A DNA stretch of 64,000 nucleotides from Colwellia sp. (GTDB taxonomy: Bacteria; Pseudomonadota; Gammaproteobacteria; Enterobacterales; Alteromonadaceae), in assembly GCA_037132835.1 (NCBI GenBank), contig JBAHZW010000061.1:2561-66560 (forward strand), in the 5' to 3' direction. The notes under the pieces were generated by a model. It was not told the origin of the DNA and did not search any database. It saw nothing but the letters and a program-made list of their open reading frames with translations. This document shows positions 49,508-60,020 of this stretch, in pieces (within the stretch, counting starts at the first letter, position 1; each line of letters opens with the position of its first letter). Both the position numbers and the translations under genes were made by a program.

Positions 49508-50986
49508 TTATTTTTGTGGAATATTTGCTAATACTGCCACTAACAATTGCCAATATTGTGTTACGGTGTCAATGTCAATTTTTTCATCAGGTGAATGTGG
49601 GAACTTGATTGTAGGGCCAATAGAAACCATATCCCAATGAGGGTAAGCTGTTTTGAATAAACCACACTCTAAACCAGCATGTATGACCATTATGGCGGGA
49701 ATTTTTTTAAAGAGACTCTGATAAGTATCTCGAACAACGTTCATGATGGCAGAATCTTTATTAGGCTTCCAACCAGGGTAAGCCCCAGAAAAAACAATGT
49801 TAACACCAGCAAGTTTAAAAACAGATTGTACCGTTTGTTGGGTTTCTAATCGGCCGTCATCATGTAAGCTACGTATTAAAACCATCGCATTAAGTTGAGT
49901 ACCTTGAGTCTCAATAATGCCTAAATTCAATGATGTTTCAACAATACCTTTAATATCGTCACTCATACGCATAACACCATTGGGGCAGGCATTAAGTGCC
50001 TGTAAAATTGAGGTTTGTGTTGCCTTTGTCCAACACTTATCAAAAGGTTCGGGCGATATTAATACCATGTCTATATTGGTTTCGATTGCCGCTAGGTTCG
50101 TTTTAATCGTGGTGAGGTAGTCAGCTAAGGCGAGCTTTAATGCTGCGACTTTATCGTTGGCAACCACAAAGCTTGCGTTGGCATCACGAGGAATTGCATT
50201 ACGCAAACTTCCTCCATTGAGATCCGTTAGGCTGATATTAAAATCAGAGTAGGCATTTAATAAAAATCGTACTAATAACTTGTTAGCATTTGCGCGTCCG
50301 GTATGAATGTCAACGCCAGAGTGACCACCTTTTAAGCCTGAGATAGATAAATTGAAAGCTTGATAATCAGAGGGTACCTCTTCAAAAGAGAGTAGGAAGC
50401 TGGCATGGCCATCAATACCACCAGCACAGCCCATGTAAACCTCACCTTCTTGCTCGGAGTCGGTGTTAATTAAAATATCACCATCAAGCCAGCCTGCTTT
50501 TAAACCAAAAGCACCAGTCATTCCCGCTTCTTCATCAATGGTTACTAATACTTCTAGTGGGCCATGGGGAATATCGTCACTGGCTAAAATGGCTAATGCT
50601 GACGCTAAGCCAACACCGTTATCTGCACCTAAAGTTGTGCCTTCAGCCGTTACCCACCGGCCTGAGTTGGTGTCATCTGTATCAATAATATAAGGTTTAA
50701 TTGAATCAGTGATGAAATCATGATTGGTGTCGTTATTTTTTTGGGGCACCATATCCATATGCGCTTGTAAAATGACACCTTTTCGATCTTCCATACCCGC
50801 TGTGGCTGGTTTTTTAATAAATAAGTTGCCAACGGTATCCTCTTTAACGACTAAGCCAAGTTGTTTAGCCCAGTCTTGGATCCATAACGATATCTTTTGC
50901 TCATGTTTAGAAGGGTGTGGAATACTACAAATTTTGTCAAATAATTGCCATAAACTTGTCGGCTCTAGCTGTGATATATTGCTCAT
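49508..50986 (-). CDS. pepD: Aminoacyl-histidine dipeptidase
   Basis: IPHPSKHE, QAHMDMV, LGADNG, DEEAG, GGHSG, HAGLECG, HSPDE; ATG at 50986 with GAGGA RBS. Confidence 0.95.
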   Translation of the reverse strand: MSNISQLEPTSLWQLFDKICSIPHPSKHEQKISLWIQDWAKQLGLVVKEDTVGNLFIKKPATAGMEDRKGVILQAHMDMVPQKNNDTNHDFITDSIKPYIIDTDDTNSGRWVTAEGTTLGADNGVGLASALAILASDDIPHGPLEVLVTIDEEAGMTGAFGLKAGWLDGDILINTDSEQEGEVYMGCAGGIDGHASFLLSFEEVPSDYQAFNLSISGLKGGHSGVDIHTGRANANKLLVRFLLNAYSDFNISLTDLNGGSLRNAIPRDANASFVVANDKVAALKLALADYLTTIKTNLAAIETNIDMVLISPEPFDKCWTKATQTSILQALNACPNGVMRMSDDIKGIVETSLNLGIIETQGTQLNAMVLIRSLHDDGRLETQQTVQSVFKLAGVNIVFSGAYPGWKPNKDSAIMNVVRDTYQSLFKKIPAIMVIHAGLECGLFKTAYPHWDMVSIGPTIKFPHSPDEKIDIDTVTQYWQLLVAVLANIPQK

Positions 50987-51029
50987 AGTTTCCTCTAGCA
51001 TTGATGAGAAGTTGCTCGTACTTGTGTGC

Positions 51030-51626
51030 TTATTTACCGGCCATTAAAAATTGCCATTGTTCATTAAAGTCGGCACTAGGCTTTTTATTATAGCCAGAAC
51101 GAACATATTGGCTCATTTTACCTTCAGCAAAAGAGACAAGTAAGTTAGCCAAAGCTGCTTCACTAATGGTAAAGGTTTTTCCTTCACGTAACTTTCGTTC
51201 ACGTAAAACTTGTTTAAATTGTGCTTCTAATTTTTCAAAAAAATGCTGTATCCGGTTGTGCAAGCGCTCATTCTCTCCCATTAAAGCATCACCCGCTAAT
51301 ATGCGGCACATGCCAGGGTTTCGTTCAGCAAAAACGAGTAAAACATGCAGTATGTGATGGCAACGTACTAATGTTTCTTTCTGATCCGCTAAAATTAAGT
51401 TTATGCGAGAAAAAATAGATTCTTCAATAAAGTCGATTAAACCTTCAAACATACGCGCTTTGGATGGGAAATGTCGATATAAAGCCGCTTCTGAAAAACC
51501 AACTTCCGCGGCAAGCTTTGCGGTGGTAATCCGTTGTCCAGGACAGTTTTGTAACATTAATGCGAGGCATTCTAATATTTGGTGTTTACGGTTTGGCTTC
51601 TGGTTTTTATTTTGTGAGGTGACCAT
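51030..51626 (-). CDS. slmA: Nucleoid occlusion factor (TetR family)
   Basis: [30 protein letters not shown]. Confidence 0.95.
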   Translation of the reverse strand: MVTSQNKNQKPNRKHQILECLALMLQNCPGQRITTAKLAAEVGFSEAALYRHFPSKARMFEGLIDFIEESIFSRINLILADQKETLVRCHHILHVLLVFAERNPGMCRILAGDALMGENERLHNRIQHFFEKLEAQFKQVLRERKLREGKTFTISEAALANLLVSFAEGKMSQYVRSGYNKKPSADFNEQWQFLMAGK

Positions 51627-51721
51627 ATAAAAAGTTTCTCTATTGTTCTGTCTGTGGCAATGATACTAATTCATTCAATAGGAATGAATACTCGTCTGTG
51701 CTAACGATAATATTAATTATT

Positions 51722-52933
51722 TTATTTCTTGGCGTTCTTTGATAAATAATGTTGATTGATTAATGACACTAGTTGCTTGGCAACAATTTGCTTATTGGCT
51801 AGTGGAATTTCAATTTTATCAATCGCACTGTAGAGCGTTAAAGCATTATTATTACTGTTAAAACCTTGTCCTACTTTAGAAACATCATTAGCGGCAATTA
51901 AATCTAAGTTTTTTCGCATTAACTTGTCACGGGCATAGTGTTCAACATTTTGTGTTTCAGCAGCAAAGCCGACAATAAAAGGCTTCTTCGTTAATTGAGC
52001 AACATCAGCAACAATATCATTATTTTTAATCAAAGAGAGTTGCATCTGATCATTGATTTTTTTGATTTTATCAGCTGAAATTTCAGCTACGCGATAATCA
52101 GCTACTGCGGCACAGGCAACAAAGGTAGTTGCTTGTGGAGCGTGCGCTAGCGTTTGTTGATGCATTTGTTCGGCGCTAGTGACTTGAATGAATTCACAAC
52201 CTATGGGGGCGGGTATATTCACGGGCCCAGAAATTAACGTTACTTTAGCACCCGCACGTAATGCTGCGTGGGCAATTGCATAGCCCATTTTACCGGAGCT
52301 ATGATTCGAGATATAACGAACAGGATCTATTGCCTCGCGTGTTGGTCCCGCAGTTATTATCCAATGTTGACCTTTGAGGTATTTATCAGAAAAAAAGTCA
52401 CTACTTAAGCTAACTAATTCATCAACTTCTAACATTCGGCCCAAACCAATATCGCCACAAGCTTGTTTACCCGTACCAGGTCCCCAAATGAGAAGGCCCC
52501 GATCTTTTGATGTTTTGATATTCGCTTGTGTTGCTTTAGCGTGCCACATTTGCTGATTCATGGCAGGGGCTATGGCTATTGGAGCGGTTGTTGCGAGGCA
52601 TAATGTCGACAGTAAATCATTTGCTATGCCTGCGGTTATACGGGCAATAATGTCTGCAGTCGCTGGCGCAATAAGAATTAAATCAGCCCACTTAGCTAAT
52701 TCAATATGCCCCATAGAAAGCTCAGCTTGATTATCTAATAAACTGTCTGATACATGATTTCCAGAAACAGCTTGTAGTGTTAACGGGGTAATAAAAGCTT
52801 TTGCGCTTTCGGTCATTACTACACGGACATCTGCGCCGTGCTCTTTTAGCCGCCGTACCAATTCGGGTATTTTGTAAGCTGCGATGCCTCCTGAAATACC
52901 AAGTAATATTTTTCTATCCTGAAGTATCTGCAT
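51722..52933 (-). CDS. coaBC: Phosphopantothenoylcysteine decarboxylase/ligase
   Basis: GGIAAYK, PAMN, QACGD.G.GRM, TAGPTRE.IDPVR, GFAAET. Confidence 0.96.
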   Translation of the reverse strand: MQILQDRKILLGISGGIAAYKIPELVRRLKEHGADVRVVMTESAKAFITPLTLQAVSGNHVSDSLLDNQAELSMGHIELAKWADLILIAPATADIIARITAGIANDLLSTLCLATTAPIAIAPAMNQQMWHAKATQANIKTSKDRGLLIWGPGTGKQACGDIGLGRMLEVDELVSLSSDFFSDKYLKGQHWIITAGPTREAIDPVRYISNHSSGKMGYAIAHAALRAGAKVTLISGPVNIPAPIGCEFIQVTSAEQMHQQTLAHAPQATTFVACAAVADYRVAEISADKIKKINDQMQLSLIKNNDIVADVAQLTKKPFIVGFAAETQNVEHYARDKLMRKNLDLIAANDVSKVGQGFNSNNNALTLYSAIDKIEIPLANKQIVAKQLVSLINQHYLSKNAKK

Positions 52934-53088
52934 AAGCTGCTAATCTTAAAGTGAACAATAATTGAGGGTGATAAGATAACATTTATTGCCATTATTTAGA
53001 AATAGGTGTTGATAAATAAGCAAAGAAGTCACACTAAACTAATTTTTGATCAATAATTTTAAAAATATTACGCAAGGATGCACTTATC

Positions 53089-53811
53089 ATGTTAAATAAA
53101 AAGTTGTTCAATGAGTCGTCGTTACAGAGAAACATCTTAAAAGATTGGCCAGAACGAGAAAGACCACGAGAGAAGTTAATACATTTAGGAGCATCAAGTT
53201 TAAGTGACGCAGAATTGTTAGCCATATTTTTACGTACTGGTGTCAAAGGATGTAATGTGGTTGACCTATCGCGGAACTTATTGAGTAGTTTTGGTAGTAT
53301 TGGCGCTATATTTTCGGCAAGCCAGGAAGATTTTTGTGCAAGACATGGGCTTGGTGTGGCAAAATATGTACAATTACAAGCCTGTTTAGAAATGTCTAAG
53401 CGTTATCTAGCAGAAAAAATGAAAGAAACGGGTAGTGCTTTAACATCTTCTCAAGCAACCCGTGATTTTTTGTGCAGTGAACTGCGATTAGAAAATAGAG
53501 AGATATTTGCTGTGCTTTTTTTAGATAGTCAGCATGCGGTACTAGCGTTTGAACGATTATTTTTTGGCACCCTTGACGCTGCAGCAGTCTATCCTAGAGT
53601 GGTCGTGGAACAAGCCTTAAAACATCATGCTGCGGCAGTAATATTAACGCACAATCATCCATCAGGGGTCGCTGAGGCAAGTCTAGCCGACAAACAAATA
53701 ACAGCTAAGTTAATTCAAGCACTGCAATTGATTGATGTACGGGTCTTGGATCATATTATTGTTGCGGGAAATCAAAGTCACTCATTTGCTGAACATAATG
53801 AAATGCCCTAA
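53089..53811 (+). CDS. radC: RadC/YicR JAB-domain protein
   Basis: [29 protein letters not shown]; divergent from coaBC; start uncertain. Confidence 0.93.
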   Translation: MLNKKLFNESSLQRNILKDWPERERPREKLIHLGASSLSDAELLAIFLRTGVKGCNVVDLSRNLLSSFGSIGAIFSASQEDFCARHGLGVAKYVQLQACLEMSKRYLAEKMKETGSALTSSQATRDFLCSELRLENREIFAVLFLDSQHAVLAFERLFFGTLDAAAVYPRVVVEQALKHHAAAVILTHNHPSGVAEASLADKQITAKLIQALQLIDVRVLDHIIVAGNQSHSFAEHNEMP

Positions 53812-53977
53812 TTCAGGGGCTGAGTAAGTTGCTAATTAGTGGAGGGCACTTATTATCTGAATTTAGGGAAAGTGAAAGCTCTAACAATTTAGAAAATGTA
53901 AAAAGAAGGATAACTTGGTATGCAAAGAAGTGATATTTCACGACAAGCATACATTAATTCAATTTTATTCTTAACTA

Positions 53978-54241
53978 GGGGCTGTTGATCTTTCGAGATT
54001 GTTTTTGCAGCGAATTGTTGGGTATTTATACAAGGCAGAGCCTTTGTAATGTGGCTATTCCACATAAAAAGGTGATAACGCCGTAAAAATGACCAACAAA
54101 CGCTGTCTGAAAGATTCGGCTAAAAGCGTTTTTTTCATTGTTGAGTCGTGTTAGCGTAGAATGACTAGGCTACACGCGACTCGCCGCGAATAAAACGCTT
54201 TTAGCTCGAACAAAATTTAACCGCGAAAGATCAACAACCCC
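53978..54241. mobile_element. 264-bp non-coding MITE-like element with terminal inverted repeats
   Basis: AGGGGCTGTTGATCTTTCG ... CGAAAGATCAACAACCCCT (18/19 inverted match); nested internal hairpins; CTAG at the left junction. Confidence 0.8.
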
Positions 54242-54266
54242 TGGTTGTAGCCTTAATAGGATTATT

Positions 54267-54893
54267 ATGCGTATTCTCTCTTTATTTTTTATTTTTATAT
54301 TCTCAAGCACTATTGTATTTGCGGCAAACTCGAACTTTAAAGTCGTGCAAATCTATACAGATAATCAGTTACTTGATTTAATAAAAGAAAATAAACATTT
54401 GGGCCAAGTGGTGCTAGATGAATGTCAATTAGTACAAGATATTGAAGTCCGCGCTAATATAACCAATTTGCCATCGTACCAATTTTTATGGGGTGATATG
54501 TTAGCTTACGGTGTCTGCGTTAAAAAAGATATTCCATTAGGATTGCATTATATGCACCTAGCGGCAGATCAAGGTCTAGTTGAAGGAATAGAGCAACTAG
54601 GTCGCTATTATCATCTTGGAAAATTCATGCAGGTCGATATTGATCGCGCTATTCTCTATTTAAAAACAGCGGCAAGCTTGAATAGTTTAGCCGCGCAACT
54701 GCGCTTGGCTGACTTATATCAAGCCGGTTATGGTAGTCCATTAGATTACCCCGCGTTATATTCTCAACTACACCATTCGTTAACAGACGATAAAAAAACC
54801 TACCAAAAAATAAAGTCATTATTGGCTGATCTTGCCAGTAAAATGCCAACTAAAGTGATCAATAAAGCCAAAGTAACTGTCTATACAAATTAA
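54267..54893 (+). CDS. motX: Sodium-type polar flagellar motor T-ring protein
   Basis: Signal peptide; NKHL..V..D.CQLVQDI, YQFLWGDMLAYGVCV, Sel1-like repeats, GYGSPLDY; upstream of rnr. Confidence 0.88.
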   Translation: MRILSLFFIFIFSSTIVFAANSNFKVVQIYTDNQLLDLIKENKHLGQVVLDECQLVQDIEVRANITNLPSYQFLWGDMLAYGVCVKKDIPLGLHYMHLAADQGLVEGIEQLGRYYHLGKFMQVDIDRAILYLKTAASLNSLAAQLRLADLYQAGYGSPLDYPALYSQLHHSLTDDKKTYQKIKSLLADLASKMPTKVINKAKVTVYTN

Positions 54894-54958
54894 GTATTAG
54901 CGGGTAATGGTTAATGATATACTGACAAGTAGTTATCCTTAAATATCGACCTATTATA

Positions 54959-57376
54959 GTGACCTATAACGACCCACACGCTAAACGTGAAGCCAAAAAA
55001 TATGAAAAGCCAGTTGCCTCACGGGAATTGTTGCTATCTATCATTGAAAAATGCTCACCACCGCCAAGTTTTAACGGTCTAGTTAAAACATTGAAGTATG
55101 ATGAAGAACATCAGCTTATTGGCTTGAAACGTCGTTTACGTGCGATGGAAAATAGTGGTCAGTTAATCTTCAATAAATTCAAACAATATGCCTTACCGGA
55201 AAAAAACAGCCTATTAAGCGGCAAAGTTATTGGTCATCGTGACGGTTTTGGTTTCTTTTCTCCTGATGATTCATCAATTACCGATAAAAAAGGCAAAGAT
55301 TTTTATATTTCCTCCCATGAAATGAAGCGTGTTTTCCATGGTGATATTGTGCAAGCTATTTTGGTTGACCGTACCGATCGTAAGGGTCGTAAAGAAGTCA
55401 AAATCCTTGAGGTTATCGAACCCAGAAAAGCACCTATTGTCGGGCGACTGTATATTGACCATCATATTTGCTCCGTTGTATCAGAAGACACTAAAATTAA
55501 GCAAGAAATACTCATTGATCCGAAAGAGAAAATGGGGGCAAGACATGGGCAAATGGTCGTTGTTGAATTGATACAAAGACCCACTAGACGTTCCCATGCT
55601 ATAGGTAAAGTGATAGAAGTGTTAGGGGATCATCTTGCCCCAGGAATGGAAATTGAAATTGCTTTACGTGCACATGATTTACCCCATCAATTTTCACATA
55701 CAGTACAAGCTGAAGTGGCCAAAATAGCGGATGAAGTTGAAGCGTCAGCTAAACTGCCGAGAACAGACTTACGCGACTTACCGCTAGTGACGATTGATGG
55801 TGAAGACGCGCGAGATTTTGATGATGCCGTATATTGTCAGCCGAAGAAATCAGGGGGTTGGCGTCTATGGGTCGCTATTGCCGATGTCAGTTACTATGTT
55901 CAACAAGGAACGGCGTTAGACGATGAGGCGATATTACGCGGAAACTCGGTATATTTCCCTAGCCAAGTTATCCCTATGTTGCCAGAAAAACTATCCAACG
56001 GCTTATGTTCATTAAAGCCCAAGGTAGACCGATTATGCATGGTCTGTGAAATGACGGTCAGTGCTGCGGGTAAATTATCAGGCAGTAAATTTTATCCTGC
56101 GGTGATGCGCTCTCACGCTCGCTTTACTTACACTCAAGTTGCAGCCATTCTTGATGGCGATGAAGCTTTATCCAATGAATACCAAGCATTAGTCCCCGAT
56201 TTAAAAAACCTTGAGCATTTGTATCATGCCTTAACGGATGCTCGTCTTAAGCGTGGCGCTATCGCGTTTGAAACACAAGAATCACTGTTCCTTTTTAATG
56301 AAAACAAAAAAATTGATAGCATTGTGCCACTCATTCGCAATGATGCGCACAAAATTATTGAAGAGTGTATGATTTTGGCCAACGTTGCGACTGCCAAATT
56401 TATTGAAAAACATGATAAACCCGGTTTGTTCCGTGTTCATGACAAGCCGAATGAAGAAAAATACCGTAACTTTATCACTTATTTAAATGAGCTGGGTTTA
56501 TCGCTCGCTTCTAAAGCTGAGCCTGAGCCGAGAGATTATGGTGATATTTTAGCGAAAGTTGCCGGTCGTCCTGATCAAGAACTTATTCAAACTATGTTGT
56601 TGCGCTCAATGCGCCAAGCGGTTTATCAAAGTAATAATGAAGGGCATTTTGGTTTAGCACTGCCTTCATATAGCCACTTTACTTCACCTATTCGCCGCTA
56701 TCCTGATTTAGTTGTACACCGTGTCATCAAGGCTATTTTAGAAAATGAAGCGTCCGATGAAGCCAATAAAGGTTTTCAAGAATATACATTAGAAGAAGTG
56801 GTTGCATTAGGTGAGCATTGTTCAATGACCGAACGCCGAGCCGACGAAGCCACTCGTGATGTTGCTGATTGGCTTAAATGTGAATTTATGCAAGACCATG
56901 TTGGTGATTGCTTTACGGGCGTTATCTCTACCGTAACTAACTTTGGCATGTTTGTCCGCTTACAAGACCTGCATATTGAAGGCTTAGTGCATATTACTTC
57001 CCTTGGCCGTGATTTTTATCATTTTGATGATGTTCGCATGTGCTTAACGGGTGACAACAGCGGCAAAAAATACCGTGTTGGTGACGAAATACGTGTTCAA
57101 GTTGCCGCGGTTAACCTTGAAGAAAAGAAAATAGACTTGTGCCTTGAGGGGGCTGAATCGCAAAACTTTCCTAAGGATAAACAGTTAAGAAAAGGCAAGG
57201 GTAAAAGCAAGGATAAACCTCGTCGTTCTCATGATAAGCCTACAACAGACAAGTCGGCAAAAAGTAAATCCAAGGGTGAAGCTAAAGCGAAACCTAAAGA
57301 GAAGAGCAAGGCTAAAAAGCGCAGTGATCGTAAAAAACGGCCTGGAAAAAATGCCCGTAAAAATGCAAAAAAATAG
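54959..57376 (+). CDS. rnr: Ribonuclease R
   Basis: TIDGEDARDFDDA, HFTSPIRRYPD, S1 domain, basic tail. Confidence 0.97.
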   Translation: MTYNDPHAKREAKKYEKPVASRELLLSIIEKCSPPPSFNGLVKTLKYDEEHQLIGLKRRLRAMENSGQLIFNKFKQYALPEKNSLLSGKVIGHRDGFGFFSPDDSSITDKKGKDFYISSHEMKRVFHGDIVQAILVDRTDRKGRKEVKILEVIEPRKAPIVGRLYIDHHICSVVSEDTKIKQEILIDPKEKMGARHGQMVVVELIQRPTRRSHAIGKVIEVLGDHLAPGMEIEIALRAHDLPHQFSHTVQAEVAKIADEVEASAKLPRTDLRDLPLVTIDGEDARDFDDAVYCQPKKSGGWRLWVAIADVSYYVQQGTALDDEAILRGNSVYFPSQVIPMLPEKLSNGLCSLKPKVDRLCMVCEMTVSAAGKLSGSKFYPAVMRSHARFTYTQVAAILDGDEALSNEYQALVPDLKNLEHLYHALTDARLKRGAIAFETQESLFLFNENKKIDSIVPLIRNDAHKIIEECMILANVATAKFIEKHDKPGLFRVHDKPNEEKYRNFITYLNELGLSLASKAEPEPRDYGDILAKVAGRPDQELIQTMLLRSMRQAVYQSNNEGHFGLALPSYSHFTSPIRRYPDLVVHRVIKAILENEASDEANKGFQEYTLEEVVALGEHCSMTERRADEATRDVADWLKCEFMQDHVGDCFTGVISTVTNFGMFVRLQDLHIEGLVHITSLGRDFYHFDDVRMCLTGDNSGKKYRVGDEIRVQVAAVNLEEKKIDLCLEGAESQNFPKDKQLRKGKGKSKDKPRRSHDKPTTDKSAKSKSKGEAKAKPKEKSKAKKRSDRKKRPGKNARKNAKK

Positions 57377-57450
57377 TACGAAAATTACCGTAAAGAACAA
57401 ACCTAAATCCCCAATATAAATATCAGCGCAAAGACAGATAGAGAATAATA

Positions 57451-58206
57451 ATGGCAAAAAAAGAAGAGTTAGTTTTTGGTATTCACGCCATTCACGCCTT
57501 AATTAACGCAGCACCAGAACGGTTTATTGAGATATGGTTATTAAAAGGTCGTGCAGATGATCGCTTAATGCCCATTATTAATTTATCAAAAAAATATGGT
57601 ATCGGCTCTCAATTGGTCTCTCGTAAAGTGCTTGATGAAAAAAGTGACGGTGAGCAGCACCAAGGCGTGATTGCACGAGTGAAGCCCGGTAAGATTTATA
57701 CTGAAAATGACCTAGACGATATAATTTTAGCGGCGGAGAAAAAATCGACAGCACCTTTTTTACTTATTCTTGATGGTGTTACCGACCCTCATAACCTTGG
57801 TGCTTGTTTACGTAATGCGGATGCAGCGGGTGTTCAGGCCATCATTGTACCGAAAGACAATGCCGCACAAATCACCCCTACCGTGCGTAAAGTTGCGGTT
57901 GGCGCGGTGGAAAGTGTGCCTTTAGTGCAAGTGACTAACTTATCCAGAACCATGAAACAACTTCAACAACAAGGTGTTTGGATTGTGGGCACTGCAGGAG
58001 AGACGGATACCAGTTTATACGATGTGAAGCTCTCTGGACCGATGGCTCTGGTTATGGGGGGCGAAGGTAGAGGCATGCGTAGATTAACCCGAGAAAATTG
58101 TGACCAATTAGTGAAGCTTCCTATGGCTGGGAGTGTCTCTAGTTTGAATGTATCAGTCGCAACAGGTATCTGCTTGTTTGAAATAGTACGTCAACGTTCA
58201 ATCTAA
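57451..58206 (+). CDS. rlmB: 23S rRNA Gm2251 methyltransferase
   Basis: [32 protein letters not shown]. Confidence 0.96.
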   Translation: MAKKEELVFGIHAIHALINAAPERFIEIWLLKGRADDRLMPIINLSKKYGIGSQLVSRKVLDEKSDGEQHQGVIARVKPGKIYTENDLDDIILAAEKKSTAPFLLILDGVTDPHNLGACLRNADAAGVQAIIVPKDNAAQITPTVRKVAVGAVESVPLVQVTNLSRTMKQLQQQGVWIVGTAGETDTSLYDVKLSGPMALVMGGEGRGMRRLTRENCDQLVKLPMAGSVSSLNVSVATGICLFEIVRQRSI

Positions 58207-58220
58207 TCAAGATTGAATAA

Positions 58221-58410
58221 TAAGACTAATCTCACTAACCATGTGAACATTTTTACTTGTTAAAATAATCCACGTATTCGTTAATCATTTACGCTGTATG
58301 GATACAGCTTATTAGACAATGCAGGAGCCTATTATCTTGAGCAACACGTTATTAAAAGAAAGGCTTTACCTTTGGTTGTTTTTTATACGGTTAAAATAGC
58401 TCACCTAATT
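58221..58410. repeat. Degenerate ~190-bp intergenic repeat element with imperfect inverted ends
   Basis: First 37 bp match 5750-5786; GTGAACATTTTTACTTGTTAAAATAATCCA pairs imperfectly with TGGTTGTTTTTTATACGGTTAAAATAGCTCAC. Confidence 0.55.
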
Positions 58411-58439
58411 AATATAACAGCAACAAGGAATTATAATTC

Positions 58440-59759
58440 ATGAAAAAATTACTTATCGCGATGACATTAATCTTAGCCATTTTGCTCGTTGCGCCAAAAT
58501 TTATTGGCGGTGTTTTGCAACAAGAGCGTGAAGACGTGCTTGTTGAATTGAATCAAATCGAAGGTATAACGCTAACGACGAATGAATATAAACCCCGTTG
58601 GTTCGGTGCTGATGTTATATCAAAATTGACTTTTACCCATAAAAAAACTGGCTTAAAAAATGTTAGCTTGGTAGTAGAAGAGGAGCTTTCTTTTGGCCCT
58701 GTTATCGTCACAACAGATCAAGGATGGCATCTAGGTTTAGGCTACTCAGAGGTCAACTTTAAGTTTTCATCGGCTGACATTGATGAAGAAGTCATAACTA
58801 TCATTAATGAAAAAATTCAGTTAGGCGCATTATTAAATTTTAGCTCAGATGTCATAACCTTTATTAACATCGATGAATTTAGCCATCAGCATAGGGATGA
58901 ACGCATTGCCTCTGCTCCTATCACAGCACAATTTACCTTTGTTAATGATAAACATGTCATTGGTGATTTTTCTTGGGAAGGCTTTGAGTATTTTAATCAG
59001 TCAGGAGAGCGTACTGTCATGAGTAACTTGGCCATCGTATCAGACCAGCAAGTTGTTAGTGGTGATTACCTGCAGGGCACCGCAATTGTTACGGGGGAGC
59101 TAAGTATTAAGGTAGGGAGTTTTGATATGTATGATACACCGGGTGAAGTTTATTCGTTGACCGATGAAGGGCTAACCTATGCGACTGTAGCTGAACACAA
59201 TTTTTCGTTGAGCGATGCGGGGCTAACAACCGTCATTTCATTAGATAATGATTTATTATCTTTTACACTAAAACACCATGCAAAAAACATTAATGTTTTG
59301 GAGCAAAATTTAGACAACACCAATTTAGAAGTCGAGCTAGCCAACGTTGACTTATATGCTTTACAAGAGTTAAAGACCGCTTTGGTCAATTCATCAATGC
59401 CTCCTGTGACAAATCTTTTGGATATAGTAGACGCTCAACCTACTTTAAAAGTGAGTGACTTAAGTCTCGTCACAAAAGAAGGTAAAGTTGTCACTGAATT
59501 GAACGTTAGCTTCAATAGAGATTTAATTGATTTCAATAACTTTAGTTCAATGGCATTGCTTACAGGGTTAGAGGCTAATGCTAAAGGTCAAGCGCCTCTG
59601 GCATATTTGGCAAAGATAGGTGCTGCCGCTATGGTAGATAATCTTGTTGAGCAAGGTTACTTAACTAAACAAGATAACGACATTATTTTTATCGCAGAAT
59701 ATGAAGAAAATCAGTTAATGCTTAACGGTAAAGTGTTTCATACCATTCCGGTTCATTAG
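58440..59759 (+). CDS. DUF945/YdgA-family exported protein
   Basis: N-terminal anchor ending PKFIG, Y..RWF, SFGP, GYL...D and LMLNGK C-terminal pattern. Confidence 0.75.
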   Translation: MKKLLIAMTLILAILLVAPKFIGGVLQQEREDVLVELNQIEGITLTTNEYKPRWFGADVISKLTFTHKKTGLKNVSLVVEEELSFGPVIVTTDQGWHLGLGYSEVNFKFSSADIDEEVITIINEKIQLGALLNFSSDVITFINIDEFSHQHRDERIASAPITAQFTFVNDKHVIGDFSWEGFEYFNQSGERTVMSNLAIVSDQQVVSGDYLQGTAIVTGELSIKVGSFDMYDTPGEVYSLTDEGLTYATVAEHNFSLSDAGLTTVISLDNDLLSFTLKHHAKNINVLEQNLDNTNLEVELANVDLYALQELKTALVNSSMPPVTNLLDIVDAQPTLKVSDLSLVTKEGKVVTELNVSFNRDLIDFNNFSSMALLTGLEANAKGQAPLAYLAKIGAAAMVDNLVEQGYLTKQDNDIIFIAEYEENQLMLNGKVFHTIPVH

Positions 59760-59865
59760 GTGGTCTATTTTAACAAGTAGAAATAAACACATAATAAATG
59801 GAATTGGCTATCCGTTATAATTTTAAAGGGCTTCGGCAACAGATTGAGCTTCACGTTTGACGGAT

Positions 59866-59902
59866 AAAAAAGGCTTATTGTTTTACACAATAAGCCTTTT
59901 TT
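59866..59902. terminator. Bidirectional intrinsic terminator between DUF945 and fbp
   Basis: AAAAAAGGCTTATTG-TTTTACA-CAATAAGCCTTTTTT. Confidence 0.88.
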
Positions 59903-59930
59903 GTTCATGCCTATGCACTTGGCTCAGGAT

Positions 59931-60011
59931 CGTCATCCCCGTGGTTTTTTAATACGGGGATCCAGTTTCTAAAGCGCAAGGGATCTTCAATTAGAGACTT
60001 CGAAGATGACG
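59931..60011. repeat. 81-bp two-hairpin palindromic element (REP/RPE/dRS3-like architecture)
   Basis: CGTCATCCCCGT...ACGGGGATCC and GGATCTTCAA...TTCGAAGATGACG; outer ends CGTCATC/GATGACG are complementary. Confidence 0.6.
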
Positions 60012-60020
60012 CTTATAAAG

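Noticed and set aside
53089-53811. radC as a marker of an integrative element
   Set aside because: Full-length chromosomal type in its usual position divergent from coaBC
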